Counted from the stretch's first letter, positions 23,179 to 36,061 are shown. The stretch is 64,000 nucleotides of DNA from Octopus sinensis (GCF_006345805.1 NC_043010.1:5518001-5582000); one strand, 5' to 3'. Numbers and translations are program-made. The notes: a model not told the origin generated them from the letters alone.

Positions 23179-23846
23179 AACAGAGACAATAGTTTCCTGA
23201 ACTTCTTTCCCACAACTCTTATCATTGTCACTATTATTTTCTAAACATTTACTACCACCCACACTAATTACAACCAACTAAGCTAGTCATTGTCTCATTA
23301 CTTTCTTAGTGGCCACTTAACTATGTACATTATGGAAACCTGTCAAAGATCTTATCTACAACAACAAATAATTCAAAATAGAAATTCTTTTTTTTCTTGG
23401 TTAAAAACTTCTTTCGACTTTATCCTCCCAGTTTCTGTGCAACACAGGCAGAACACTCACACCCAACACAATGTTTTTTAGAAAGAACCAGTTTTTATTT
23501 ATTTATTTTCTTTTCGTTATCTGGCTGTGGCAATAAGACACATACCTCCACACACTCTACACTCACACACACTCTACGCTCACACACACACACACACACA
23601 GTGGGTTTCAACACAGTTTCCATATGCCAACATTCTGCTTACAAGGCATTGGTCATACCAAGGCTATGATAGAAGACACTTTCCTAGGCTACTGTGCAGT
23701 GGTATTGTTGTGGAAGGATTCCAATCACCCTCCTGTGACAAAATGTTGATTGATACATTGCTATACAATAAAGAACTATCAGCAGTTCACTGAGAGCTAC
23801 TGGCAGAGAGCATTTAACCGCGTGTAACATTAATTGTAGTGCATTG

Positions 23847-24249
23847 AAGGTGGCGAGCTGGCAGAAATGTTAGCATGCCGGACGAAATGCTTTGCAGTAT
23901 TTCATCTGAGTTCAAATTCCGTTGAGGCCGACTTTGCCTTTCATCCTTTCAGGGTCGATTAAATAAGTACCAGGTACGCACTGAGGTCAATATAATCGAC
24001 TTAATCCATTTGTCTGTCCTTGTTTGTCCCCTCTGTGTTTAACCGCTTGTGGGTAGTAAAGAAATCGGTATTTCATCTGCTGTTATGTTCTGAGTTCAAA
24101 TTCTGCCAAGGTTGACTTTGCCTTTCATCCTTTTGGGTCGATAAATTAAGTACCAGTTACACACTGGGGTCGATATAATCGACTTAATCCCTTTGTCTGT
24201 CCTTGTTTGTCCCCTCTATGTTTAGCCCCTTGTGGGTAGTAAAGAAATA
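23847..24249 (+). mobile_element. Tandem pair of family B SINEs (second copy 5'-truncated)
   Basis: Two successive GAGTTCAAATTC..GTCGATAAATTAAGTACCAG..CCTTGTGGGTAGTAAAGAAAT bodies. Confidence 0.85.
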
Positions 24250-24367
24250 AGTAATTGTAGTGCATCGTGCGAATATTTCTTTCCCTACACTTTGCTGAAT
24301 TATGTATCCAAACTCAAGGGTGTAAAAGGTATGAAACCCACAATTAAATGAGTGCAAAACAAATCTC

Positions 24368-24837
24368 TTGACCCTTTAGCATTTAAACTGGTCATATCCA
24401 GCCCAGACTATCTACCTATTTTATGTTCAAAGGCGGCGAGCTGGCAGAAATGTTAGCATACCAGGCGAAATGCGTAGCCGTATTTCGTCTGCCGTTACGT
24501 TCTCAGTTCAAATTCCGCCGAGGTCGACTTTGCCTTTCATCCTTTTGGGATCGATAAATTAAGTACCAGTTACGCACTGGGGTCGATATAATCGACTTAA
24601 TCCGTTTGTCTGTCCTTGTTTGTCCCCTCTGTGTTTAGCCCCTTGTGGGTAGTAAGGAAATATATTTTATGTTCAAACAGGCAAGGTCTGACCTTTTACA
24701 TCTACCCTACAATGTCATTCTAAAAATAAACTATCACATCATTGAAATCTGAAAACTGTAAGACAATGTATGGCTAATTCAAAAAACAATGGGAATAAAT
24801 TACATTTGACTGAGAAATCCCAATGCCAAAGAGGTAA
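24368..24837. mobile_element. piggyBac-type MITE (CCCTTTAGCATT termini) carrying a nested SINE
   Basis: TTGA|CCCTTTAGCATT .. AATGCCAAAGAG|GTAA, consistent with decayed TTAA-CCC termini. Confidence 0.6.
24432..24662 (+). mobile_element. Full-length family B SINE with perfect 15 bp TSD
   Basis: TATTTTATGTTCAAA at 24417-24431 and 24663-24677. Confidence 0.95.
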
Positions 24838-25039
24838 ACATACAGCCATGTCTGTACCCTTCAGGCTCTGACTTCTGAAATTTTACTTCTCCGCAACATT
24901 TTGTTTATCTTTGATGCTACTACTAGGTATTGTTACGTGTGTGTGCATGTCTGCTTGTGTCTGTACAAGCATACAAGTGTATGTGTGTACATATATTTAT
25001 GGTATAATTCATTTGATTATGATGATTCTGGGCTACTTA

Positions 25040-25670
25040 CATCATCATCATCATCATCATCATCGTTTAACGTCCGCTTTCCATGCTGGCATGGGTTGGA
25101 CGATTTGACTGAGGACTGGCGAACCAGACGGCTGCACCAGGCTCCAATCTTGATATGGCAGAGTTTCTACACCTGGATGCCCTTCCTAATGCCAACCACT
25201 CTGAGAGTGTAGTGGGTGCTTTTACGTGCCACCAGCACGAGGGCCAGTCAGGTGGTACAGGCAACGGCCACACTCAAATGGTGATTTTTACATGTGGAAG
25301 CCACGCTTTTTTTTTAATCTTATTTCACAAAAGGGACAATAATCAAGTTTTAAGAAAATTTCTATTAAGTTTTACAAGTTTATAGTTAATTTTATATATA
25401 GTCTATCATCAGAACTGTACAAAAATTGTATAAAATCAATGTTCCAGTCTGATTTGGTATGGTTTCTACAGCTGGATGCCCTTCCTCATGCCAATAACTC
25501 TAGGAGTGTAATGAGTGCTTTCATATGCCACCAGCATGGGTTACAAGACACCAGCAACGACCATGACAGTGATCACAGGTGTCATTTACATGGCACCGGA
25601 AATGACCACAATAAATTCACGGGTGCCCTTTAGTTGGTACTGGCAACAATCACGTCTATGATTCACGGGT
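25040..25670 (-). mobile_element. Family C retroposon copies (RTE-like (GAT)n tail, internal tandem sub-repeat)
   Basis: (CAT)nCGTTTAACGTCCGCTTTCCATGCT..CTGGATGCCCTTCCTAATGCCAACCACTC; second fragment ~25430-25670. Tail-only copy at ~23100-23178. Confidence 0.8.
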
Positions 25671-25752
25671 TCCATTTACACACACGTACACACACATATA
25701 TTTAAATGTGTGTGTATGTATGTGAACACCTACACATAGATATATACATGTG

Positions 25753-25796
<44 letters not shown>

Positions 25797-25810
25797 CATA
25801 CATACATACA

Positions 25811-25844
<34 letters not shown>

Positions 25845-26850
25845 CATACATACATATAAGTATATATATATATATATATATACGTGCATATGTCTTATAC
25901 ATATATATATGTGTGTGTGTATATATATATGTATATATATATATATAAACAAAAACTAAAGTCAAAAGGATGTACACAGTGAATGTATTAGGTTGATGCT
26001 CAGTTTAAGATGGAAAAAGGAGGTATGTACATGTGTGTATATATGTATATATATATTCATATATTGTATTATGTATGTATGTATACAAGACTTTAGAACT
26101 CGATGCTACCAGATGAGGTTTTATCCTGTCCAGTAGGAGGAATCAATTTAACTTTCTAACCTCCAACTGTCAACTACTTTTGATGACAAGTTGACATTCA
26201 TTGATTTCAGTTCCTGAGTTGTTTTTTTTTTCATGTATCATATTTATTGTTTATTTATTAGATATTTATATATTTATTTATTTTGCCTTGCAGTACCTGT
26301 TGTAGGTATTGCGGAAGGGAATACTAAAACTAGTGATATTCTAATTAGCTTGAATTGAAGCAGTGACCTTCTTGTGTCATATTGAGCTTTTCTGCTGCTG
26401 TTTGACTAATTTTATTATTTTGTTACACAGGAATAACACCCAGTCCCAGATGCAAGTCTCAACAGAACATTAACTTGTATATAAAATGGGAAATCTAAAA
26501 GCCTTTTAAATCTGTACACTTCCTTCCAACTAGTAAACAGACTTAGAATGTAATTTCTCCACAGAATAAACATTTATTTGTATTGAAATGAGTAGGAAAT
26601 ATGATCCTATTTCTATAGAATGCTTTACAGATTATCAGACAAGGAATGGTCAACTTGCTGACATGTTAAGGGAATGGCATCTCTAGGACCATGATTAATG
26701 AAATCAGTACTACCAAATGCTTTCTAAGTGGGCTTGGCTCCTGGAAATTTAATGTGTCATCTAGTCAAGGAAAAGGTTTAGGTGTCTGTTGACTACTCTG
26801 ATTAAAAGATAATTGGTTAAGAGCATTCTAAATTAGCAATGATGGATACT

Positions 26851-27258
26851 TTTTTACTCTTTTACTTGTTTCAGTCATTTGACTGTGGCCATGCTGGAGC
26901 ACCGCCTTTAGTTGTGCAAATCGACCCCAGGACTTATTCTTTGTAAGCCTAGTACTTATTCTATCGGTCTCTTTTGCCGAACTGTCAAGTTACGGACACA
27001 TAAACACAGCAGCATCAGTTGTCAAGCAATGTTGGGGGAACAAACACAGACACACATACACACACACACACGTGTATGTATATATATATATATATATATA
27101 TACGACAGGCTTCTTTCAGTTTCCACATCCTCTATCCACTCACAAGGCTTCGGTCAGCCTGAGATTATAGTAAAAGACACTTGTCAAGGTGCCACACAGT
27201 GGGACTGAACCATTTGGTTGATAAGCAAACTACTTACCATACAGCCACTCCTGCACCT
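26851..27258 (-). mobile_element. SINE family A, full length
   Basis: Reverse-complement family A body. Confidence 0.9.
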
Positions 27259-27899
27259 ATATATGTATACATTCTCATTTAGTTGTCCATAAATCAGATA
27301 AAAGCACATTCTAAAAGAGAAATTTAGCAGTTACACTTTATATTGTCAAACAGTATATTCCTGACTTTGGCATATAATTAATCAGAAAGTTACTGATGGT
27401 TTCACACCTAGTATTGCACTTGACAATATTGACAACTTTTGAAACGTGCTCACCAAAAACACATAGTTTTTATTATGCTGAGGGCAAATATACAGTTCTG
27501 GTTCACTTGGTGGTGATAAAAAGTAGAATGAAATGAACAAAAGCACTAAATACATTTTTTGAAAATAGTATTATGAAGGGCAAACAGCTGTAGAAACCAT
27601 TCCAAAGCAGAGAGTGGAACTTGGCACAGCCCTTTGGTTTGTTGGTTCCTGTCAAACAATCCAACCCATGTCAGCATGGAATAAGGCGCATTAAATGATG
27701 ATGATGTTGATAATAATGAATGTATGCATGCGTGTGTGCATATATGTGTATGAGCAAAATGTGACCCGTCGAATGGACGGTGCTGAGTTGTCAAACATTT
27801 AAACCAAATTTTCTCAAAACAACTTGTCCAACCATCCCATAGGCCTCCCCTTTGAGAAATACTGATTTAACCTAAATTTAAGACACCAGCAAAAGAAGA

Positions 27900-28132
27900 A
27901 ATAAAGATAGACCTTTCTTCTATTCCAAAGAAAAACGATTTCCCATGGCTTTATCAATCGCATTCTCACCTGGAATCAATTTTTGTAATTTTTTCAAGAC
28001 GTATACACGCCCTGATACCGTCGGTATGTACATATCAAATTTGAGCACAATCGGATGGAGGATGCCCGAGATTCTAGAAGCCACACACACACACACACAC
28101 ACAGACATACAGAACGGATTTTATATAAGAGA
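27900..28132 (-). mobile_element. Helitron-like non-autonomous element, 5' part
   Basis: Minus strand starts A|TCTCTTATATAAAATCCG followed by a GTCT/GT microsatellite and CAAATTTGA core. About 85-90% similar to the opposite-orientation copy at 59734-59916. Confidence 0.6.
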
Positions 28133-28419
28133 TAGTTCAAATTCACGAAAAACAAAAGACAAAGACAGGTGAAGGAACAACAAGCAAGTGTATTGGTTTG
28201 ATGCTCAGAAAGAATGGAAAAGTCTTTGATGTTGACAGCCTACGCTCTGTGACAGAAAGAATTGAGAGGGAAAAAAAAACAGAGTGAGAACAAAAAAACA
28301 GAGAGAGAAATCAACGGTTCAACATGATGTGTATGTATATATACATATGCATGTGTATGTATATATATATATATTTCCATGCTACTTTTTAATGTTTACT
28401 AATCAATGGAAATTGCAGC

Positions 28420-28735
28420 TGTGATACCAGTGCCAGTGGCAGGTAAAAAGCACCATCCATTCGTGGCCGTTGCCAGCATCGCCTGGCCCCTGTGCCGGTG
28501 GCACGTAAAAAGCACCATCCGATCGTGGCTGTTTACCAGCCTCATCTGGCACGCAAAAAGCACCCACTACACTCACGGAGTGGTTGGCGTTAGGAAGGGC
28601 ATCCAGCTGTAGAAACATTGCCAGATCAGACTGGACCTGGTGCAGCCTCCTGGCTTCCCAGACCCTGGTCGAACCGTCCAACCCATGCTAGCATGGAAAG
28701 CGGACGCTAAACGATGATGATGATGATGATGATGA
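28420..28735 (+). mobile_element. Family C retroposon with (GAT)n tail
   Basis: GGTTGGCGTTAGGAAGGGCATCCAGCTGTAGAAAC..CATGCTAGCATGGAAAGCGGACGCTAAAC(GAT)n. Further copies at ~30822-31000 (-) and ~63560-63860 (-). Confidence 0.85.
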
Positions 28736-28751
28736 TATATGTATATGTAAA

Positions 28752-28861
28752 TGCAGTGCACATTTGAACACATAAGAGGTATCTGTCATAGGATTCCTTG
28801 CAAGCTGTTCCTTCTAGCATCCTATGACGGATACCTCTTATGTGTTTAAACGTACACTGTA
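28752..28861. mobile_element. 110 bp Tc1/mariner-type MITE, ~43 bp TIRs
   Basis: T(G)CAGTGCACATTTGAACACATAAGAGGTATCTGTCATAGGAT versus the reverse complement of 28819-28861 (TACAGTG..); 5 transitions. Confidence 0.75.
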
Positions 28862-28956
28862 TCTTATATGAATAATATAGAGTCTATTGACTAATTTTTC
28901 TACATGTTAGGCCACAGGTAGTAAAAATTTCTAAAATCTTTATTACCTTGATATTA

Positions 28957-29007
<51 letters not shown>

Positions 29008-29507
29008 TAGACAGACAGACAGGCAGATAGATAGATAGATAGATAAGTTTCTTTATTGGCCACACAGGGCTGCACACAGATGGGACAAGTTACAAGGTAG
29101 AGCTTTTCTTTTGGGGGATGAAAAAAAAAAAAGGTGGTGTAGGTTTTCGATCAAAAGGGATCGTAAAAGGGAAAAAAAAAAAGGAAAAGAAAAAAAGAAA
29201 AAGGGAAAGTGTGTGTGTGTGTGTGTAAACTTGACTGAGCAGAAGAAATATTTGAAAGTATGTTTTAGAATAAACTATGTATATTTTTTCCTACTGTGTT
29301 CAGAATGTGTTTCTGCAAGTGTATTGTACATGTTTAGTTGAAGTCAACCAGAGAAACGAGAGGGAATTTGAATTTATCTTTCTGATAAATATAAACACAT
29401 TCATAACACTGAAATCGTATGGTGTGAACAGACTGTGAAACGAGGAAAAATTAAAATTTCTCAAAAATTTTACATAAACTTCTCACTTCAGAGACTACTC
29501 AATATCT

Positions 29508-29919
29508 CTTTACTCTTTACTCTCTTTTACCTGTTTCAGTCATTTTGACTGCGGCCATGCTGGAGCACCGCCTTTAATCGAGCAAATCAACCCCGGTACT
29601 TATTCTTTTGTTAGCCCAATACTTACTCTATTGGTCTCTTTTGCCGAACCGCTAAGTAACGGGGACATAAACACACCAGCATCGGTTGTCAAGCAATGCT
29701 AGGGGGACAAATACAAACACACAAACACACACACGCATATATATATATACATATATACAACGGGCTTCTTTCAGTTTCCGTCTACCAAATCCACTCACAA
29801 GGCTTTGGTCGGCCTGAGGCTATAGCAGAAGACATTTGCCCAAGATGCCACGCAGTGGGACTGAACCCAGAACCATGTGGCTGGTTAGCAAGCTACTTAC
29901 CACACAGCCACTTTTGTGC
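29508..29919 (-). mobile_element. SINE family A, full length
   Basis: Reverse-complement family A body. Confidence 0.9.
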
Positions 29920-30600
29920 CTATATATATATTTTTCTTTTCCCTGTAAGTTTGGAATAATATTCCCTAATATTATTATTATATATATATATATATATATT
30001 TGTATATGTGTGTGTGTATGTGTATATGTATATCTATGTATATATTTACTCTTGTGTATACGTGAGTGTATTAACACGTGTGTGGGTCAAACTTTGCCCA
30101 GACGTCTGTATCTTGCTTTACGTACGATATATGCACATATTTATCTTTGCTATGTACGTATATTTATGTATATATACACGTGTGCACCTGCATATGTGAG
30201 TTCCTTTACATATATATGTATGTATTCATATATATGTGTGCGTATGCGCATGTATCTAGTTGTATGTATATACTCATATACTTGGATGTGCGTGTGTGAG
30301 TGCATACGTATATGTGCATACATATATGTATCTGTGTATGTATATGTGCGTCTAAGCACAAACACAAAAAAATTTTCGTCTAAGTATTATCTTCCTTTCA
30401 ACTTCTACATCCTTTTCTTTTTCTTAACAATAACAAAGGTTCATTACATCATTTGCTCTAAACTAGAATGAAAATTTTCACATATATAATTTGAAGTTTT
30501 TGCATTTCAATTTTTCTCTGTTTTTTACTCATTCTCAAAGTTGATGGAGATATAATGATGTGTAAAACCAAATCAGAAAATCTCTAGTAAGACTTTTTTT

Positions 30601-30655
30601 TATTGATGTACCTGAAGAGGCCCAGAACAGGTCGAAACATGACTCATACTCAATA
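30601..30655 (+). ncRNA. Hammerhead-like motif with intact core and stem II, decayed stem III
   Basis: TATTGATGTAC-CTGAAGA-GGCC(CAGAACA)GGTC-GAAA-CATGACT-C-ATACTCAATA. Confidence 0.5.
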
Positions 30656-31155
30656 AAATATTTTACTCATGCCATCTATTTTATTAATGCTGTTACCCCA
30701 ACAGCCACTACAAAGTTCCTGCAATAAATCTACGAATAACATCAAGTAATCAAAAACGTGCCGGTGCTTTGCTCATCATCTATTTATGCATTTTGTATAG
30801 GTTATATATATAAATATATATCATCATCATCATCATCATCATCGTTTAACGTCCGCTTTCCATGCTAGCATGGGTTGGACGGTTCAACTGGGGTCTGGGA
30901 AGCCAGAAGGCTACACCAGGCCCAGTCTGATCTAGCAGTGTTTCTACAGCTGGATGCCCTTCCTAACGCCAACCACTCCGTGAGTGTAGTGGGTGCTTAA
31001 TGATGATATATATACATACACAAAGTATAGGGATTTAGTTCACAGGTGATCTAAACGATTAGGTACGCTAGGTAAGTGCTGTAACGGATTACTGGGGCTC
31101 CAAGGTTATACCCAAGATGGTAGTTATGGAGCCATTACAGATTTCTGATGCAGCA

Positions 31156-31512
31156 GAGTAAAAGAATAAGAACATGGAAAGAGAGAAGAAAAAAGCATAA
31201 AAGTTCATAGTTCAACTTTCCGAATTTACAGAAACCAGAGCATGTGTTCTTCGTTTCAATCCTGCATATATCCATGTGGATTAAAGTCCTGACATAGGAG
31301 ACATCTCAAGAAAAAAACGTGACCATATCAATGTTCATATGTTTGCGTCTTTTTCTTGGGATGTCTATTACATCAGGACTTTCACCCATATGGATATATG
31401 CAGCATTGCGCCTAAGGATTCATGCTCTGGTTTCTATAACTTCGGAAAGTTGAACTATGAACTTTTATGCTTCTTATTTCTTCTCTCTTTCCATCTCCTT
31501 ATTCTTTTACTC
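31156..31512. repeat. Imperfect inverted repeat, ~165 bp arms, 26 nt loop
   Basis: 31156-31319 versus 31346-31512, roughly 80-85% identical. Confidence 0.85.
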
Positions 31513-31580
31513 CCTTCCTCTATGTTGTCATCTTATTAATATGTACCATTTTCCTTTTCCATATTTTTTTATCCCTATTT

Positions 31581-31636
31581 GTCTCTGATGATGAAATATC
31601 CCATACTCAGCGATATCCCAGAAACAGCTGTAAGAT
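31581..31636 (+). ncRNA. Type I hammerhead-ribozyme-like motif
   Basis: GTCT-CTGATGA-TGAAATATCCC(ATACTCA)GCGATATCCCA-GAAA-CAGCTGT-A-AGAT. Palindromic stem III ACAGCTGT, GUA cleavage triplet, stem II with 3 mismatches in 11 bp. Confidence 0.6.
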
Positions 31637-31758
31637 TTTGAATTTCTTCCTATAATAAATTTGTATATGACTTGGGAGGCTTGCCTTACCTTAATGTTTG
31701 ACATCCTGTTTAACAATTTTTACATATAAATATAAATATATATATATACATATATATA

Positions 31759-31790
<32 letters not shown>

Positions 31791-32099
31791 ACTCTTTTAC
31801 TCTTTTACTCTTTTACTTGTTTCAGTCATTGACTGCGGCCATGCTGGAGCACCGCCTTTATATATAGTTTTATCTTATCTCCACATTATTAATAAAATTA
31901 TTTCTTAAAATACATCAATAATGGATCTTCAAGCAAGATAGCTACTAGAATACACAATGAAGATAGATCAGCACAATAAAACTTAAAATCATATAGATTT
32001 AACAGCGTAAAATAAAGAATATAGAGCATATATTAAAATAAAACTTATTTTTTATGCTGGAAAACACCTTTCAGCAAAAGCTCGAGTATACGAGTATAT

Positions 32100-32116
32100 G
32101 TGTGAAAATATATATG

Positions 32117-32150
<34 letters not shown>

Positions 32151-32574
32151 GTATGTATGTATGTATGTATATATATATATATTTATGTATATATATATAT
32201 ATATTTATAATATACACACACACATAATACATACATGCATATATATATAATATATATATAATATATTATACACATAACATACATATACATGCATATATAT
32301 ATATATATATCATTATAACAACAATACTACAATATATATATATATATAAACATATATATATGTACACACACACACGTATATGTACATATATGTATATAAA
32401 TACATACATATGTATATACATATCTATATACACACACACACATATATATAAATACATACATACATATATATATATATATGTATGTACATATATATACACA
32501 CACACATATATATATACATGCATGCATGCATACATACATACATACATTCATACATTCATGCATACATACATACA

Positions 32575-32608
<34 letters not shown>

Positions 32609-32993
32609 CATACATACATACACACACACATACATACATGCATATAAATAGATACAGCTTTGTAAAGTTCAAACACCTTTGTATTCTGCAGCTGTTAAAA
32701 TTTTAGGCGATTCCACTCATCTAAGAATGCAATGCATTTACAGAACCACATTGCAGCCTGCGATGAAATATATATTTTAATTCAATGCATATGCCTTGAA
32801 TATTTTTTCATTCAGTTAAATCTATATATATTAAGTTATATAGGAGTGAACCAAGTGTATTGTGAGCTCTAGTCATTCTTTTTTTTACTTGAAAATGCAT
32901 TTCTAAAGTACTTTTGCCAAACGCTTGAGTGTCTGTGTATGTACATATGTATGTTTGTATGTATGTATGTATGTATGTATATATGTATGTATG

Positions 32994-33024
<31 letters not shown>

Positions 33025-33290
33025 TATGTACATATGTATTTACGTATGTATGTGTATATGTGTATGTGTGTGCATGCATGTATGTATGTATGAATGTATG
33101 TATGTGTGCATGCATGTATGTAGGTATGTATGTATGTAGTATGTATGTATGTATGTATGTATGTATGTATGTATGTATGTATGTATGTGTGCATGCATGT
33201 ATGTATGTAGGTATGTATGTATGTATGTATGTATGTATGTATGTATGTGTGCATGCATGTATGTATGTATGTAGGTATGTATGTATATAG
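32100..33290. repeat. Long compound (TATG/TA/CA)n microsatellite fields
   Basis: Directly visible; source of the MYVC/HTYI ORFs. Similar fields at ~25750-25950, 30000-30350, 35730-36560, 37200-37475, 45680-46035. Confidence 0.9.
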
Positions 33291-33978
33291 AGAAATACAC
33301 TGAGTTATAAAGTTACATGCTATATATATATTAAATTTCATATGTATGCAATATATATCTGTCTGCATATATATATGGCATTGTTTTACAGTGAAAGGTT
33401 TGCTTCCTAACTACATGGTTCCAGGTTCAATCCCACTGCATGACACCTTGGGCAAGTGTCTTCCACTATAGCCTTGGGCTGTCCAAAGAGTAGATTTGGT
33501 AGGCAGAAACTGAAAGAGATTTATTATTGCTTATATATATATATATATATCTGTAAATTCCTTTATTTACATAATATTGAGGTCTCTTTCATTCTTTTGT
33601 TGTCTTAAGATTTTTATCAATCATCATCATCATATATAATAATAATAATAATAATGATGAAATTATTGTATACAGTGCTCAGGTGCACCACAACTTGTCA
33701 GAAAGTGTGTATAAAGTGTGTATAAAGTGTGTATAAAGTATATATTCCTGCACGCGCATGTGTGTGTTTGTTGTCTTGGTGTCTGTGTCTGTCTTCCATC
33801 ACTACTTGACAACTGGTGTTGGTTTGTCTATGGCCCTGCAATTCAAAAGTTCAGTGAAAGAGACTGATAGAATAAGTATCAGTCTTGAAAAAAGAAGCCA
33901 GTATTAGGGTTGATTTGTTTGATTAAAGTTCAAGTCGATGCCCCAGCATGGCCTTGGTCTAATAGTTGAAATAAGTGA

Positions 33979-34994
33979 TACAGGGTGGGACAGTGAGGAT
34001 TGACGTTTTTGAAATGGCTATTACTCAGCCCCAGTGGGAGGGACATATGTCTGACAGGTACCATTCAGTCGGTACTGTATTAGCAACTTTTATTTTTCTT
34101 TTCAGGTGAGGTCATAGTGCTGTAGATGATAGAGCATTGTGTTTTTGTCTATGACAGTTTGGTAAAGAATATTAAGTCTGTCACAGCAACTCAGCGTGAG
34201 TTTCAGTGCCAATTCAACATTCATTAAAATCAGGCTGTTTCCACCTGTAACACAATATTACACCTGGTACACTAATGAATAGGAGACCAGTGGGGGAGCC
34301 ATGAGTGGTACAGATCCTGGAAAATGTAGAATGCATCAGGCAAGCTTTGATACAGAGTCTGAATTGCTTTGCTCAGAGGCATTCCACTGAACTTGCATCA
34401 GTAAGCAATTGGTAAGGCGTATTTTGCAGGAAGATCTGCATTTCCACCCATACAAATTGGGTCATAGGGCAACAGTTGAAACCAAGAGGCTCTGCACAGA
34501 GCAAAGCTGGAGACAGTGGAGGTCAACTTCTAGGAACACACTCAGAAATGTATTGTAGCGGTCTCTGATATCCTCACTGTTTGAGAGACACGGCAGGAAT
34601 GATCTCGTTTGAGATTACAGCCATCTTTGGCCGAGTTGTTCCTGTTGTGACCACTGACCTGATTGGTTGACATGTGGCGCGAAATAAGTAGAGACAAATC
34701 GCACCACATGTCAACCAATCAGGTCAGTGGTCACAACAGGAACAACTAGGCCAAAGATGGCTGTAATCTCAAACGAGATCATTCCTGCCGTGTCTGTCAA
34801 ACAGTGAGGATATCAGAGACCGCTACAGTATCAATGAAAATGGACACCACATGATGGATGTTGTTTTCCACACGTGATTTTGATAAATGCTAAATCAATA
34901 CAAACACATTGTTGTCAATAAAGTTTGTTTGCAGCTAAAATCAATGATTTTGTGAGTTTTTCAAAAAATGTTCATCCTCTCTACCCATCCTGTA
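33979..34994 (+). mobile_element. Internally deleted IS630-Tc1-mariner element (maT/DD37D-like by inference), TA TSD
   Basis: TA|CAGGGTGGGAC .. CCCATCCTG|TA. Remnants KSVTATQREF, LHFHPYKL, and C-terminal QKCINENGHHMMDVVFHT-stop once the nested MITE is removed. Catalytic core absent. Confidence 0.85.
34554..34827. mobile_element. Near-perfect palindromic MITE with TGT..ACA ends and 4 bp TSD (Ginger-like)
   Basis: 129 bp arms (34554-34682 and 34699-34827) with 3 mismatches. GTAT at 34550-34553 and 34828-34831. Confidence 0.85.
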
Positions 34995-35227
34995 TATACG
35001 TCATGATATCACGGCATTGGTCAGACTATCAGATGTTGTAATACAACACTGATCACAATGTGCTGATCTGAAGGTTGTTCCATCACAGGGTTAACCATTT
35101 ACAGCTGAGTGGACTGGAGCGAAATGAAATGAAATGATTTGCTCAAGAACACAATGCATTACCTGACCCGAATTGAACCTAGGGTCTAGCAAGCACAAGT
35201 GCAACACCCTAACCACCAGGCCATGTG

Positions 35228-35728
35228 TAAACATCACAGATGTGTGCTGCTGTGAGGGGAAAGCATTGAATCACCATCCGTGAGTTATCTGAGGATATGC
35301 AGATTAGCTATGACTCAGTTCAGTCCATTATCACAGAAGATTTGGGTATGAGCCGTGTGTCTGCCAAGTTTGTGTCAAAGCTACTTTCAGCTGACCAAAA
35401 AGGTACTCGGGGTTTCAGTTGCACAAGATCTTCTTGATTGTGTTGAGGATGATGAAAACTTTGTGTTGGCCTCTGAGTAGATACCACCAAGCTGTTTGGC
35501 AAAATTTGATGTAAATTCTCTGCTCGACTTTCTCTGTTATGGTCAATTACACGCTACACACCTTCATTCCAAGCATTGCTGTGAACAGTGGAAGTAAGCT
35601 AGAATGTTAAAACTTAGTGTACATGCACAGCAGAGTTCAAGGTCAATCTGTGCCAAGCAGCTTTACTCTGTATGCTTTAGCTTCGTTACTATAACAACAA
35701 TCCGGATACTTATTGATCAGACCACATA
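35228..35728 (+). mobile_element. Mariner transposase relic with right TIR
   Basis: ITIRELSEDMQISYDSVQSIITEDLGMSRVSAKFVSKLL..DQK. Right end ATCCGGATACTTATTGATCAGACCACA|TA. Confidence 0.8.
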
Positions 35729-35937
35729 TATACATGTGTGTATATATATGTATATGTGTATATATGTGTGTATATATATATATACATATATTATATATGT
35801 ATATATATATAGATAATATATATATACATATATATATATATATATTATATTATATATATATATCTTCCTGTGGGTTCTTGTGTCGTCTCCTAGGTGTTTC
35901 ACGTTCTTGTCCCTGTTTGTATATATTTCTTACTTTT

Positions 35938-35968
<31 letters not shown>

Positions 35969-36061
35969 CTAAATTGTTGGATTTTTCTCTTATGAGTTTT
36001 CATGCTAACTACTTGATAAATTCTTATAAAGATTTTATCCTATTTTCAAATCATATATATA

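Noticed and set aside
26280-26480. Two plus-strand acceptor-like sites followed by short open frames (PVVGIAEG.., NNTQSQMQVSTEH-stop)
   Set aside because: No upstream plus-strand exon or homology; such sites arise by chance in AT-rich DNA.
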